64,000 nt of DNA from an uncultured cyanobacterium (GTDB lineage: Bacteria; Cyanobacteriota; Cyanobacteriia; Cyanobacteriales; Cyanobacteriaceae): assembly GCA_963749915.1 (NCBI GenBank), contig CAVVOP010000022.1, forward strand, positions 288,001 through 352,000, given 5' to 3'. The notes below the pieces were generated by a model. That model was not told the origin of the DNA and made no database searches. It worked only from the letters and a program-made list of their open reading frames with translations. A program made the translations under genes and the position numbers. The number at the start of each line of letters is the position of its first letter. Position 1 is the stretch's first letter. This document shows, one piece after another, positions 11,757 to 21,983 of this stretch.

Positions 11757-12410
11757 ATGTTGATTCCACTGAAACAAGAAGCTATTAACGACTTAATTCC
11801 TCTGATGGCAACGGGAAGTCAATATGCCTACTATTGGGCGAATTTTTCGACTTTATTAAAGAATTTATTTATCTCCCTTGTAGGGGTATTATTTTTCTGG
11901 TTATTAGGATCTTTTTTTGGTAGGGCGGGGGATAATGTATCGTTAATATTTCGGGTAATTGCCGGTTTATATTGGCTTTGGAGTCCTGTATATTGGGCTA
12001 GTATTCGCAATGGCAAATTTCGTCGTTACCGTTACATTAGTTTTTGGCGTGGAAAGGTTTTAGATGTTTACTTGACGGAAGAATTAATTAAAGAAGAATC
12101 GGCCATCGATAAATTAGGTCGAGCTATTATTGTGGAAAATCGCCGTAAATTATTTAATATTGAGATAGGGGATAAAACTGGATTTCGTGCCACTATTACC
12201 ACTCCCCGCCAAAGAATTCATAAAGTGGTCAATCGGGGTCAGGGGGTGGAAGGCTTATTATTATCGAATGATCCTGATTTTATGAGTATCGGTCAAATTA
12301 CTGATGTTTATATTCCCCGTCATAAACTTTGGTTAGGAGATTATCCTTATATTCGCCGAGATATTTTCTTAGATTTGCGATTACAATTAATGAAAATTTA
12401 TGGACGTTAA
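11757..12410 (+). CDS. Conserved cyanobacterial membrane protein of unknown function
   Basis: Two N-terminal TM helices; ATGSQYAYYW, LYWLWSPVYWAS and LWLGDYPY motifs. Confidence 0.75.
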   Translation: MLIPLKQEAINDLIPLMATGSQYAYYWANFSTLLKNLFISLVGVLFFWLLGSFFGRAGDNVSLIFRVIAGLYWLWSPVYWASIRNGKFRRYRYISFWRGKVLDVYLTEELIKEESAIDKLGRAIIVENRRKLFNIEIGDKTGFRATITTPRQRIHKVVNRGQGVEGLLLSNDPDFMSIGQITDVYIPRHKLWLGDYPYIRRDIFLDLRLQLMKIYGR

Positions 12411-12417
12411 TATTTTT

Positions 12418-13851
12418 TTATTCGTTGACGATTTCTAAGGATTTCCCAGTAGTTTCTATTCTTAATAAATAAGTTAAAATTGCTGCTAATATACAACACA
12501 AAGCGAGAATATATAGCAACATTGGTACACCCAAATTTTCTTTTAAAATTGGAAGCATAAAAGTTCCTAAAACAGCGCCTAATTTTGCGATCGCACCTGC
12601 TAAACCAGCTCCACTAGCACGAATTGGGGTGGGAAAAACCTCCCCAGAGAGCAAAAAAGTAGTGGAATTAGGACCGGCATTCATCAAAACATTAAAGATA
12701 AAAAACCCCAGAAAAACAAGTATTAAATTAGGATCCTGATTAAGATTAGGATCTCCAGATATTCCTAATAAGAATAATCCCAAAGCCATACCTATAAAAC
12801 CAGTAATTTGTAAAGAAATTCTGCCGACTTTATCTACTAAAAAAACAGCGAATAAAAAGCCAATAATTAAAAATATATCTACGATGGCTGAACCTTGAGC
12901 AGATTGTATCTGACGAATCATAAAATTATCTTCCTGCTCAAAAGCTAAAACGGCGATAATAATAGGGGTAAAAATCCCAATACCGTAAGTAGCTATATCT
13001 TGTAAAAACCAAGGCAAAGAAACGAATAATGTATTTTTCAAATATGTTTTCGAGAATAAAGAGCCATAATTAAGGGAAATTTTTGGCGGTAAAGGCTCTG
13101 TATCTGGAGTAATTTTTATCTCTATTTCTAACAATTCTTTAGCCGCCAATTCGGCATTTTTATAATCCCCTTTAGTAATATAATAAAGAGGACTTTCTAA
13201 GAGAAATTGTAACCGTAAAAATCCAACTAAAATCGCTAAAATTAAGCCAACTCCTAACATTAAACGCCAACTATATTGGATAATAATTAAATTTGCATCA
13301 GAATATAAATTCTGTAAACTACTAATTACAAAAATTCCCGTTAATGCACCAAATAAAGCACCCACGGCTTGAAAGGTAAAAGCACTTATCACCATTCTTC
13401 CTCGTAAATGAGAAGGCATATTTTCGGTGATATACGCTACACTAATGGGATAATCTGCACCGATGGCGACACCCACTAAAAAACGGAAAAAAGTCAATGA
13501 GGTGGCATTCCATGCCAAAGCCGTGCCCGCAGTTGCAACTACAAAAATAATCACGTCAACGAGTAACATTTTTTGCCGCCCAATTTTATCGGTGATGGCA
13601 CCTAAAGTTAATGAACCAATCAAAGAACCTAGAATCGCCGCTACAGCTACCGAACCTATTTCTGAGGAAGTGAGGTTAAAGTCTTTTTCTAAAAAGGGTA
13701 AGGCGACACCGATAATAAAAAAATCGAAACCATCAAGGGCGATTAATCCTGCCGATAATATCCATAATAACCACATTGAGCGAGTTAATTTGGACTTGTT
13801 TAATACTGCTTCAAAATTACTCATTTTATTTATTACTTGGTAGCGCATCAA
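12418..13851 (-). CDS. MFS transporter (sugar porter/phosphate:H+ symporter-like)
   Basis: LDGFD, DKIGRQ motif A, GADYPIS, ESP, DKVGR, ETTGKSLE; about 12 TM segments. The start may be the ATG at 13824. Confidence 0.9.
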   Translation of the reverse strand: MMRYQVINKMSNFEAVLNKSKLTRSMWLLWILSAGLIALDGFDFFIIGVALPFLEKDFNLTSSEIGSVAVAAILGSLIGSLTLGAITDKIGRQKMLLVDVIIFVVATAGTALAWNATSLTFFRFLVGVAIGADYPISVAYITENMPSHLRGRMVISAFTFQAVGALFGALTGIFVISSLQNLYSDANLIIIQYSWRLMLGVGLILAILVGFLRLQFLLESPLYYITKGDYKNAELAAKELLEIEIKITPDTEPLPPKISLNYGSLFSKTYLKNTLFVSLPWFLQDIATYGIGIFTPIIIAVLAFEQEDNFMIRQIQSAQGSAIVDIFLIIGFLFAVFLVDKVGRISLQITGFIGMALGLFLLGISGDPNLNQDPNLILVFLGFFIFNVLMNAGPNSTTFLLSGEVFPTPIRASGAGLAGAIAKLGAVLGTFMLPILKENLGVPMLLYILALCCILAAILTYLLRIETTGKSLEIVNE

Positions 13852-13855
13852 GAGA

Positions 13856-13969
13856 GAGGGCAGAAGGTAATAAATTCGTGAAAATTTCCCTTCTGAATTC
13901 TAAATTCTAAATTCTAAATTCTAAATTTCCCTAACAATGCCGTTTTCGGCACGCTTCCGAACAGTATTG
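13856..13969 (+). repeat. Dispersed modular repeat/MITE remnant with a TTCTAAA heptamer array, ending in AGTATTG
   Basis: gagggcagaaggtaataaattcgtgaaaa is nearly identical to the reverse complement of 36875-36904. The (ttctaaa)n array and the cctaac...agtattg end resemble 21121-21176. Confidence 0.65.
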
Positions 13970-13998
13970 CTTCGCATGTAGTTGGGTCTATCAAGGTG

Positions 13999-14040
13999 AA
14001 AAGCAGAGTGCAGAGGCCCCGAAAGGATCCTGCACCCTGC
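13999..14040 (-). terminator. GC-rich intrinsic terminator-like hairpin
   Basis: Minus strand gcagggtgcaggatcc-tttc-ggggcctctgcactctgc followed by tttt. Confidence 0.55.
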
Positions 14041-14174
14041 TTGCTGGTGAAAACCAGACTTTAGATCTCAACTTAGATCACCGCAATGTTGCCAGCCATC
14101 GAAGCAAACGCCGGACGTTTAGCAAGGTTGGCAAGGATCGAAGACCCGACACCTGGGTCAAAACCTCCACCGTT

Positions 14175-15799
14175 CTGAAGGGGTGACGAGCAGCCCAAAA
14201 GCTATATTTGGTAATTAATTCGGCTTTTTGAGATACTATATAAATTGATAGTATCTCAAGTTCTTATTGAGAATAGCCTTATTGTATATATTGAGATTTG
14301 TGTTAAGTAACATAGTTAGTCCCTTAATTTTTTCGTGATCAGCACAAGTACCAGTAGTTTTATTTATTTTCAGTACAACGAAAAACTTGCCTAAAATTAA
14401 TTAGCGTAATATTTACAATAATTACCTTAGGTTTATTCATAGACTTTCATTATTTCATCTTTTGCTTTCAACCCTCGGTGATAAAACGTTAACTTGTTAC
14501 TATTTAAACTTATTATTTTATTAATTTCCTCTTAATATTTTTCATATTTATTTGCCCAACTTTCACCATATAAACCAATCCAAAATTCACTGTTTCTTTT
14601 TGTTTTTCTTCTTTTTTCTTGTGGTCTTCCTATATATTTTTGCTGTCCTTTATTTTTAATTATTCTTCCCTTCAATGTTTGCTTTGTATAGGTCATAGAA
14701 ATCAATAAAATTACATTAGTTAGTCTTTGTATATTTGCTTTACTTCCTTCTAAATTATAACCTCCTGTTTTATAATCTTTGAACATCATTTCAATACCCA
14801 TTCTTTGCTCATAAATCTTGATTACTTCTATTTCATTCTCTAATGATGTTAAGATATACCATGGTTCTTCACTACTTTTATTTTTTCTTTTTCTTTGATG
14901 ATATATTGCTAAATTATGTCGGCTAAAACCAGTCTTTTTTGTAACTTTTATCCCCGTCTTTATCTGCTTTACTCCCCTTTCAATCTCTATATCTGATAGT
15001 TTTTCATACTTTTTACCCCCTCGATGATAAAAAGTACCCTGTTTTTGTCTGAGGGCAAAATCGATTTTATTTTTCCTTTTTTGTTTCTCTTTTTTCAACC
15101 ATGTAGCTAACTCAATGGAATGAAATTCTCTATCTCCTATGATCATAATATGATATTTATTTAACAATTTGATTACTGGTCGAATTAATGCTTTTTGTTC
15201 TTGAAGATTACTCGCTCCTTTTTTGTTCAAAATAGTCCAATAAATTGGCAATGCACGACGAGAATAAATTAAACTAATCATAAAGACATTATTCTCTTGC
15301 CATTGAGTTCGATCTAAAGCGATTATCAAGGGAAAATTACAGGGAATTTGTTGATGAATAATTGTGAGAATAATAGGAAACCAAATTAAACTAATACTTA
15401 AACCCGTAAGCACCAAAAATCTTTGAATGTGTCTTCGGCGACTTTCAAACAAAATTGGCAAGGGAAAATAAGTGGCTAAGGTTTCTATTTTAACTTGTTT
15501 ATACTGATTTAATAAACCAATTAAAATTGATAATGTTTGAAATTGTGTTGGTTTTAAATATCGATTTAAATGTGTTTCAAAATCTTTTAACAAACTAATC
15601 ATTATTAGTAAGAAATATAATTACAAGTACTAATTGTGCCAGATTTTGTCTGTTATTTAACCAGCATTAAAAGAACACTTAATATTTCTGGTGTCGCTAT
15701 ATTCTCAATAAGAAATTAGATTTGAGTTAATTTAAAAGTCAACTTAGCTCTTGAAATGTTTACAGTTTAATCGTTTCAGAGGTGTCGTCACCCCTTCAG
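14175..15799 (-). mobile_element. IS4-family insertion sequence
   Basis: 15-bp inverted repeats ctgaaggggtgacga (14175-14189) / tcgtcaccccttcag (15785-15799) flank a DDE transposase; no target-site duplication seen. Confidence 0.75.
14433..15602 (-). pseudogene. IS4-family transposase with a premature stop
   Basis: IALDRTQW, GDREF, EEPWYILT and YEQRMGIEMMFKDYKTGGYNLE. In-frame TAA at 14534-14532; the frame continues EEINKIISLNSNKLTFYHRGLKA...YE to a stop at 14433. Confidence 0.8.
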
Positions 15800-15815
15800 G
15801 TCGTCACCCCTTCAG

Positions 15816-16101
15816 GTTATTAGATTTAACTGGTGTGGTATTTACCTTCGATGCTCTTCATTGTCAAAAAAAAACTTTATCGGCGATCGCTCACTCAGGC
15901 AACGACTATTTAGTGAAAGTCAAAGCTAATCAACCAAAACTATATCAACAAATAGAAACAGAATCGAAGCAACAAATCCCCAAACAAACAGTGGAAGATC
16001 ATGAAAAAACCAGAAATCGTCAGAGTTACCGAAAAATAGAAGTGTTTGAGCCTCCCGAAAAGCTAGATCCTAAATGGATAGGTGTTGGTTGTGTGATTAA
16101 A
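15816..16101 (+). pseudogene. Internal fragment of an ISAs1-family transposase
   Basis: LLDLTGVVFTFDALHCQKKT...GNDYLVKVKANQPKL is the ISAs1/H-repeat motif; it is cut on both sides by other IS ends. Confidence 0.85.
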
Positions 16102-16226
16102 CCCACATTCCGCACGTCAAACTGTATAAATTCAGATTACGAGGTTAGAAGTTGAACAGTGATTGACTACGACAAGAAATACTCGGTGATTAGTTCTCTA
16201 GCTTATAAAGAGAACTCAGATAAATT

Positions 16227-17588
16227 CAGTAGATCGAAATAAAAATTTTACTGATTTTAGATTTCATTGTGTCTTACCTACTGATATAATATTTACTTAT
16301 ATTATTTTTAGTTTGATATTGTTGGTATATAAACATTGGTTTCTACCTGAAAAATTCTTTCTATTGTGTGGTTGAGAAAAGATAACATTTGTTTTAAAGA
16401 AAATATTTTATTATAGACTAATCTTCCTCCTTTTCTTGGCTTACTTACTTTTTTCCATAATATTTTTACCCATATATTAACTAATAAAAATGATATTCCT
16501 ACAAATAATAATCTCCAAACTGGTTTTTTTGTTGTCGTTCTAATTCTACAAACATTTTTCATTCTATAACTACTTTCAATACCAAATCTTTTTCGGTAAC
16601 AAGAATGAATTTGCTCTATATTTATCTTAATCTTATTTATTACATAGATATAGTATTCTCTTCCTTTTTTTCCTCTTTTTCCTTTTTTATATTTAACAAT
16701 TATTGCTAGGCGACAATCTACATAGTCTTCTTCATTTTTTAACATTTTATAATTAGTCTCATAGCTTTTTCTTCCTCTCATAAATTGTTTTATTCCTGCT
16801 TTTTTTCCTCTTCTAATAGCAGGAATAATGAAGGGTATTTCTAATGCTTGTAACCATCTAATTATTGATATGCTGAAAAATTCTCTATCCAAATATAATT
16901 TTTCTATCTTTATATTTAAACTCGATAATTCTGATAACAAATGAGTTAAGATACAAACCTTCGTTTCTTTCACTCGAATCGCTCTAATTCCTAAAGTTAC
17001 TCTTTTATTTTTTTTAATCGTATATATCGTTGCATATCCATAAAAAGAACAAGTTCCATTTTTTGCTTGACTTCTACAAATATAAGGTTTTTCTTCTTGA
17101 TTGGGTTCCCCATAATAACCAATCAAATTAAAATCAACTGCTACATTTAAACAATTATTTTTTAATCCAGAAGGAATTTGATTTTTTAATGCTGTATTAA
17201 TTTCTTTTTCTAATTTTAAGAAATCAGATATTTTTTTGAGATGAAATCGAATATTATTTCCACAAGTTGCTAATTTTAATTCTTTAGAAGAATTTTCTAT
17301 AGTATTTTGGGTCGAAGCGGCTCTTACTAAAACCAGAAATAAATCATTATTTTTCCTTTTACCATGGTCGTTTAAAGAAATATTTTCATTGAGACAATCT
17401 ACTACTTGTGTTAAGGTTTCTTGATCAGTTAAAACCAGTTTTTCTTGTTGATTATTATATTTTTGCTTCATGGGATAAAAAATATAAATTTTAATTATAC
17501 TATTTCTTCATTATCCTCTAAAATAGAACCCTTTACTTAGTACTTATGTCCCAATAATCTCTTTATTTTTTTTCCTTTCGATCTACTG
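16227..17588 (-). mobile_element. ISH3-family insertion sequence, apparently intact
   Basis: 13-bp TIR cagtagatcgaaa / tttcgatctactg; 5-bp target duplication AAATT at 16222-16226 and 17589-17593. Confidence 0.88.
16308..17471 (-). CDS. ISH3-family transposase
   Basis: VAVDFNLIGYYG, AKNGTCSFYGYAT, LYLDREF, YRKRFGIESSYR. Confidence 0.88.
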   Translation of the reverse strand: MKQKYNNQQEKLVLTDQETLTQVVDCLNENISLNDHGKRKNNDLFLVLVRAASTQNTIENSSKELKLATCGNNIRFHLKKISDFLKLEKEINTALKNQIPSGLKNNCLNVAVDFNLIGYYGEPNQEEKPYICRSQAKNGTCSFYGYATIYTIKKNKRVTLGIRAIRVKETKVCILTHLLSELSSLNIKIEKLYLDREFFSISIIRWLQALEIPFIIPAIRRGKKAGIKQFMRGRKSYETNYKMLKNEEDYVDCRLAIIVKYKKGKRGKKGREYYIYVINKIKINIEQIHSCYRKRFGIESSYRMKNVCRIRTTTKKPVWRLLFVGISFLLVNIWVKILWKKVSKPRKGGRLVYNKIFSLKQMLSFLNHTIERIFQVETNVYIPTISN

Positions 17589-17648
17589 AAATTAGTAGAA
17601 AAATGAGCAACGTTTAAGGGATAATTAAATTCAGTTTTTAATTTAATT

Positions 17649-19312
17649 TTGGAAATGATATTTTCAGAAGATATACAAGTTCAAACCATTAATCATTTAG
17701 GATTAATTGCTGGAGTTATAGATGAAATTGGCATTGAAGAAATTATTAATGATGCCCTCGGTATTGACGAGAGGGAAATCGTGACAGCAGGTCAAATAGT
17801 CAAAGCAATTATTCTGAACGGATTAGGATTTATTTCTCGACCTCTTTATCTATTTCCACAGTTTTTTAAAGACAAAGCCACAGAACATTTAATCGGAAAA
17901 GGAATACTACCTGAGCATTTGAACGATGATAGAATTGGAAGAATAATGGATAAACTTTATGAAAAAGGATTATCTTCATTATTTTTAATTATTGCTTTAG
18001 CCACAGTAAAAAAATATAATATCAACATAGATTTTTCTCATTTAGATTCAACTTCTTTTGCGGTAGAGGGGAAATATAGTCAGGAAAAAATCACCAAAAA
18101 TTTGGTCAAAGAAAATGCAGAATTAGAGTTAATTAATCAAATTCCAATTAAGATAATTAAAGGTTATTCCCGTGACCATAGACCAGATTTAAAACAATTT
18201 ATTTTGGATTTAATTGTGAGTGGTGATGGTGATATTCCACTATTTTTAAGAGTAGCAGATGGTAATGAAAATGATAGAGCAGTTTTCGGCAAAATAGCGA
18301 AAGAATACAAATCAATGATAGATTTTGAGACGATGATAGTGGGTGATAGTGCCTTATATACAGAAAATAACCTGAAATTAATGAGTGGAATAGAATGGTT
18401 ATCGAGAGTTCCACTATCAATAAAAGAGGCAAAAAATTTAGTTTCAGAACTATCAGAATCTGATTTGACTCCAAGTAGTTTAGAGGGATATTCATGGTGT
18501 GAAGTAAGGAATAATTATGCAGAAATTGAGCAAAGATGGTTAATAGTAGAAAGTGAAAAAAGAAAAGTATCAGAGCTAGAAAAACTAAGGGAAAAAATAG
18601 AGAAAGAAAAAGAAAAAACCGAAGAAATATTAAAGAAATTGATGAAGGAAGAATTTAGCTCATCAGAGGGAGCTTATGAAACAGTTGTGAGACTAAATAA
18701 GACTTTAAAATATCATCACATAACCGAGCTAAAAATGACAGAAAGTGAGTTAAATAATCACAAGAAAAAATCGAAAAAGAAAGAAGAAAAATCGGGAAAA
18801 ACTTATCAAGTTACGGCTATTTTGAAATCAGATTTAACGAAAATAAACGAATCAAAAAAAAGAGCAGGAAGATTTGTGTTAGCTACAAATAGATTGGATA
18901 AAAGTAAATTTAATTCTGATGAAATTTTAATTAAGTATAAAGAGCAACAAGCCGCAGAAAGAGGTTTTAGTTTTCTGAAAGATCCATTATTTTTTGCCGA
19001 TAGTGTGTTTTTAAAAACCCCAAAAAGAATCGAAACAATGGCAATGTGTTTTTGGGGTTATGTCTGTTAGTCTATTCTTTGGGGCAAAGAGAAGTGCGTC
19101 GCTTATTAGAGGAGAGAAAAACGAGGATAAAAAATCAGCTAGGAAAACTAACGGAACGTCCAACGTTAAGATGGATATTTCAATGTTTTCAGGGGATTCA
19201 TTTAGTAATAAATCAAGGAATAAAACAGATAGTAAATCTAACAAATGAACGAAAACTAATTTTAAGTTTTTTCCCGATTTCTTGTCATAATTATTATATT
19301 TTATCTGGATAA
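17649..19312 (+). pseudogene. IS1634-family transposase, frameshifted near the C-terminus
   Basis: HLDSTS, GYSRDHRPDLKQ, DGNEND and YKEQQAAERGFSFLKDP. The C-terminal GLCLLVYSLGQR...PTLRWIFQCF lies in another frame (19046-19312). Confidence 0.85.
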
Positions 19313-19686
19313 CTTGATAACTTATTGGATTTAAGAGTCTAAATATTCTCAATTATAATACCATAAATAAAGAATAGAAAACTGATAGATTTGCTCTGTT
19401 TATTTATTCTCATTAAAGGTGAAGTTATTGACAATGAGATTTTAATTTGAGCAAAGTTCGCGAGCACAAAACGCGAATAAAGAAGATATTGAGTATTATT
19501 ACTTATATTTTGTCCAAAATAAGTTGCTTGGTTTTAATACTTTTATCATCTTACAAAGTGACGTGCGGAATGTGGGATCTTAACATAATCCCCGTGGGTG
19601 ACCCAAAAATCAGTTAATTTTTGTTAATAAAATTTAAGTTTTATTTCTAATTACTCTTTTAATCTGTTTCTAATTTCATAATAATT

Positions 19687-20301
19687 ATGTTATTTTTAGC
19701 TAAACTTAAAAAAATCATGGAATTAGATAAACTTTTTTATGAAATTGATGATTTTTGTTTGATTTTTGAGCCACATTTTCTGAGTCAACTTCTTGATTCT
19801 TCTGAGAGAAAAAGAATCAAAAATAGTCAATTATCTTTGAGTGAAATTATGACTATTGTTGTTTATTTTCATCATTCTCGTTATCGTGATTTTAAACATT
19901 ATTATCAAGATCTTATTCTTCAGTATCATTATCCAGATTTTCCCAATTTAGTCAGTTATAATCGTTTTGTTGAACTAATGTCATCGGCTTTAATTCCTTT
20001 AATTTTTTATCTCAATACTCGTAAAGGACAATGTAATGGTATTTCATTTATTGATACTATGGGCATCCCTGTTTGCCATAATAAAAGAGCAAAACGAAAT
20101 AAAGTTTTTGCTAATTTAGGGCATTGGGGGAAAAGCTCTATTGATTGGAATTTCGACTTTAAACGACCTTTAGTTATTAATGATCAAGGTGAAATATTAG
20201 CTTTTAAAATAACAGCAGGAAATGTTGACGATCGAAAAACAGTTCCTTATTTAACTAAAAATTTATGGGGAAGATTATTTGGGGATAAAGGGTATATTTC
20301 T
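19687..20301 (+). pseudogene. IS982-family transposase, 3'-truncated
   Basis: LSLSEIMTI, VSYNRFVE, SFIDT and LFGDKGYISQ; homology ends at the MITE starting at 20302; possible ACCC-starting left end at 19601. Confidence 0.85.
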
Positions 20302-20522
20302 CAGGGCAAACGCACACGTTTCTTTACATTTCGATTTAGTCTATGATCAAGAACGATATTTCAAGCTTTGAGCAACGTGCGATCGCTTCATGATCAATAA
20401 AACTTCGATTAGTCACGGGAAATAGTGTAAACTACCCAACCTAACTGTTTTTCTAAAATCTTTGTCTAGCAAGCTTTTTGGCTCTTTCCCTGAATTGTGA
20501 ACTTTTGTGTGCGTTCGCCCTG
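20302..20522. mobile_element. 221-bp MITE with ISAs1-type CAGGGC ends
   Basis: TIR cagggcaaacgcacac / gtgtgcgttcgccctg (15 of 16 match); no transposase; internal HIP1. Confidence 0.75.
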
Positions 20523-21002
20523 GGATAGGGTTGTATTTGTCTCATTACTCTCTTTCTACTACATCAGCTATTTTGCCATATTGCTTAAGCAAATCTCTTT
20601 TCTAAAACTTTACCATTTTATTTAATCTTCATTCCTGAGGTTGGATTCAACCAGAAATTGATCATTAATTTGGTAAAAGTTATTCATAAATAATATTCAA
20701 CTATGATAAACAGTTAATTAGCAAGAAGTTTTGAATAGCAAGCATGAATGACCTGTGACAAAATATTGCCCGAAACCTTTTTTTTAGAAAAGTTATAGGC
20801 AATATTTTTACAGAAATAGAGAAACAAAAAAAATCAGTAATTTGATAACTCAATTTAAACCCTTAAATTTAAACCTTTATAAAAATATATCAAAAAAAAT
20901 GCAAAAATCTAGTGTTTTTTCTGAATTTTACACAATCTTTATACTTCACACAATTTTTATAAACCTTAGGTTCAGAGAAGGAAACACAGCCGAAGTATCC
21001 AA

Positions 21003-21048
21003 GATTATCCGTCCCCAGTGCCTCAAAACAGTCTTGACACACCACTAG
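21003..21048 (+). repeat. Partial copy (right half) of the CTAGTGGT-ended MITE
   Basis: attatccgtccccagtgcctcaaaacagtcttgacacaccactag is nearly identical to 36816-36860. Confidence 0.75.
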
Positions 21049-21049
21049 T

Positions 21050-21176
21050 CAATACTGCGAGGGTTTTGGAAAATATAATTGTCGGCGGTGGTAAGGCAGG
21101 AGGGAGTCTCCATGAAAATTTTTGAATTCTGAATTCCCCTAACCAAGGCGTTTTTGAGCCTAAACGAGGAGTATTG
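21050..21176. mobile_element. MITE-like repeat with CAATACT/AGTATTG ends
   Basis: 7-bp terminal inverted repeat; interior resembles 13856-13969. Confidence 0.6.
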
Positions 21177-21240
21177 CGGTCCACCTTAGCTTCCTAATTT
21201 CTCCTTCAAAAATTGTATAGAAATAATCAAATACAAGGGG

Positions 21241-21269
21241 TTGACTTTCCCAGAAAAACGTTATATGAT
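21241..21269 (+). promoter_or_regulatory. Sigma70-type promoter
   Basis: TTGACT-N17-TATGAT upstream of the DUF3155 gene. Confidence 0.6.
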
Positions 21270-21320
21270 TTTCTAAAGTGTAGTAAATATAACATTTAAC
21301 TTATGAAGGAGGAAGTAAGG

Positions 21321-21641
21321 TTGGCTAGAAAAAGAAAACGTAAAAGTCGCCGCCGCCTTGAGGGACGCAAAATTCTCGAACTAGTGCCTCACTACTATAT
21401 CGAAAGTGGAGAAGATAAACCAGTAACAGCCGCTCGGAAACATATTAGAGCGAATCGTGTTACTCCTCCCGCCTTATTAGTGGTTAAAAGAAATGAACAT
21501 ACTACTGATCGGTATTTTTGGGCTGAGAAAGGCTTATTCGGCGCTCAATACGTTGAAGAAAATCATTTTCTTTTCCCTAGCTTAAGAGTCATTAAACCTC
21601 AAGTAAAAGTGACTATTCCGGCTTTATCAACAGTTCATTAA
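21321..21641 (+). CDS. DUF3155 family conserved cyanobacterial protein
   Basis: ARKRKRKSRRRLEGRKILE...RNEHTTDRYFWAEKGLFGAQY; likely TTG start after AGGAGG. Confidence 0.8.
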   Translation: MARKRKRKSRRRLEGRKILELVPHYYIESGEDKPVTAARKHIRANRVTPPALLVVKRNEHTTDRYFWAEKGLFGAQYVEENHFLFPSLRVIKPQVKVTIPALSTVH

Positions 21642-21983
21642 TATTATATAAGTCATAGTTTTGAATAAGTAGATAATCACTGGTTATACGTTAGTTATTG
21701 CTTGGCATATATAAGATTTTTCTTTACTTTTACTAATTTTAAAAAGTATGATCTAATCTCATATATTTTCTCTTACTAGATTGTGAAAATAATATTTTCT
21801 TGGTTCACTTATCTGGCTTTAATATTTCATCGATATAATTAAACAATTTTTTTAGCATTTCTGGGGTTTTACCCCTATTTTTTTGTTTAATAATATAGGT
21901 TCTTCCAGAGTGGTTATGACAAAATAGATTAAAAAGTTAAGGAATAGGGATAGGCAACAGGCAATAGTCAATTAACTGAAAAC

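Larger units (their letters stand above)
16102..19576 (+). mobile_element. IS1634-family insertion sequence, interrupted by ISH3
   Basis: Perfect 18-bp TIR cccacattccgcacgtca (16102-16119) / tgacgtgcggaatgtggg (19559-19576). Confidence 0.88.

Noticed and set aside
13937..14198. tmRNA, RNase P RNA, 6S RNA or tRNA call for the GC-rich island
   Set aside because: No tRNA-like ends, tag peptide, RNase P conserved motifs or cloverleaf could be recognised
15784..15815. CRISPR-like direct repeat
   Set aside because: Only two 16-bp units with no spacer; they match the IS4 terminal repeat; no cas genes in the window
15751..16155. 134-aa ORF as a real gene
   Set aside because: Chimera of the IS4 end, the ISAs1 fragment and the IS1634 TIR
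20842..21048. 68-aa ORF upstream of the DUF3155 gene
   Set aside because: TTG start, AT-rich low complexity, and it ends inside a MITE fragment
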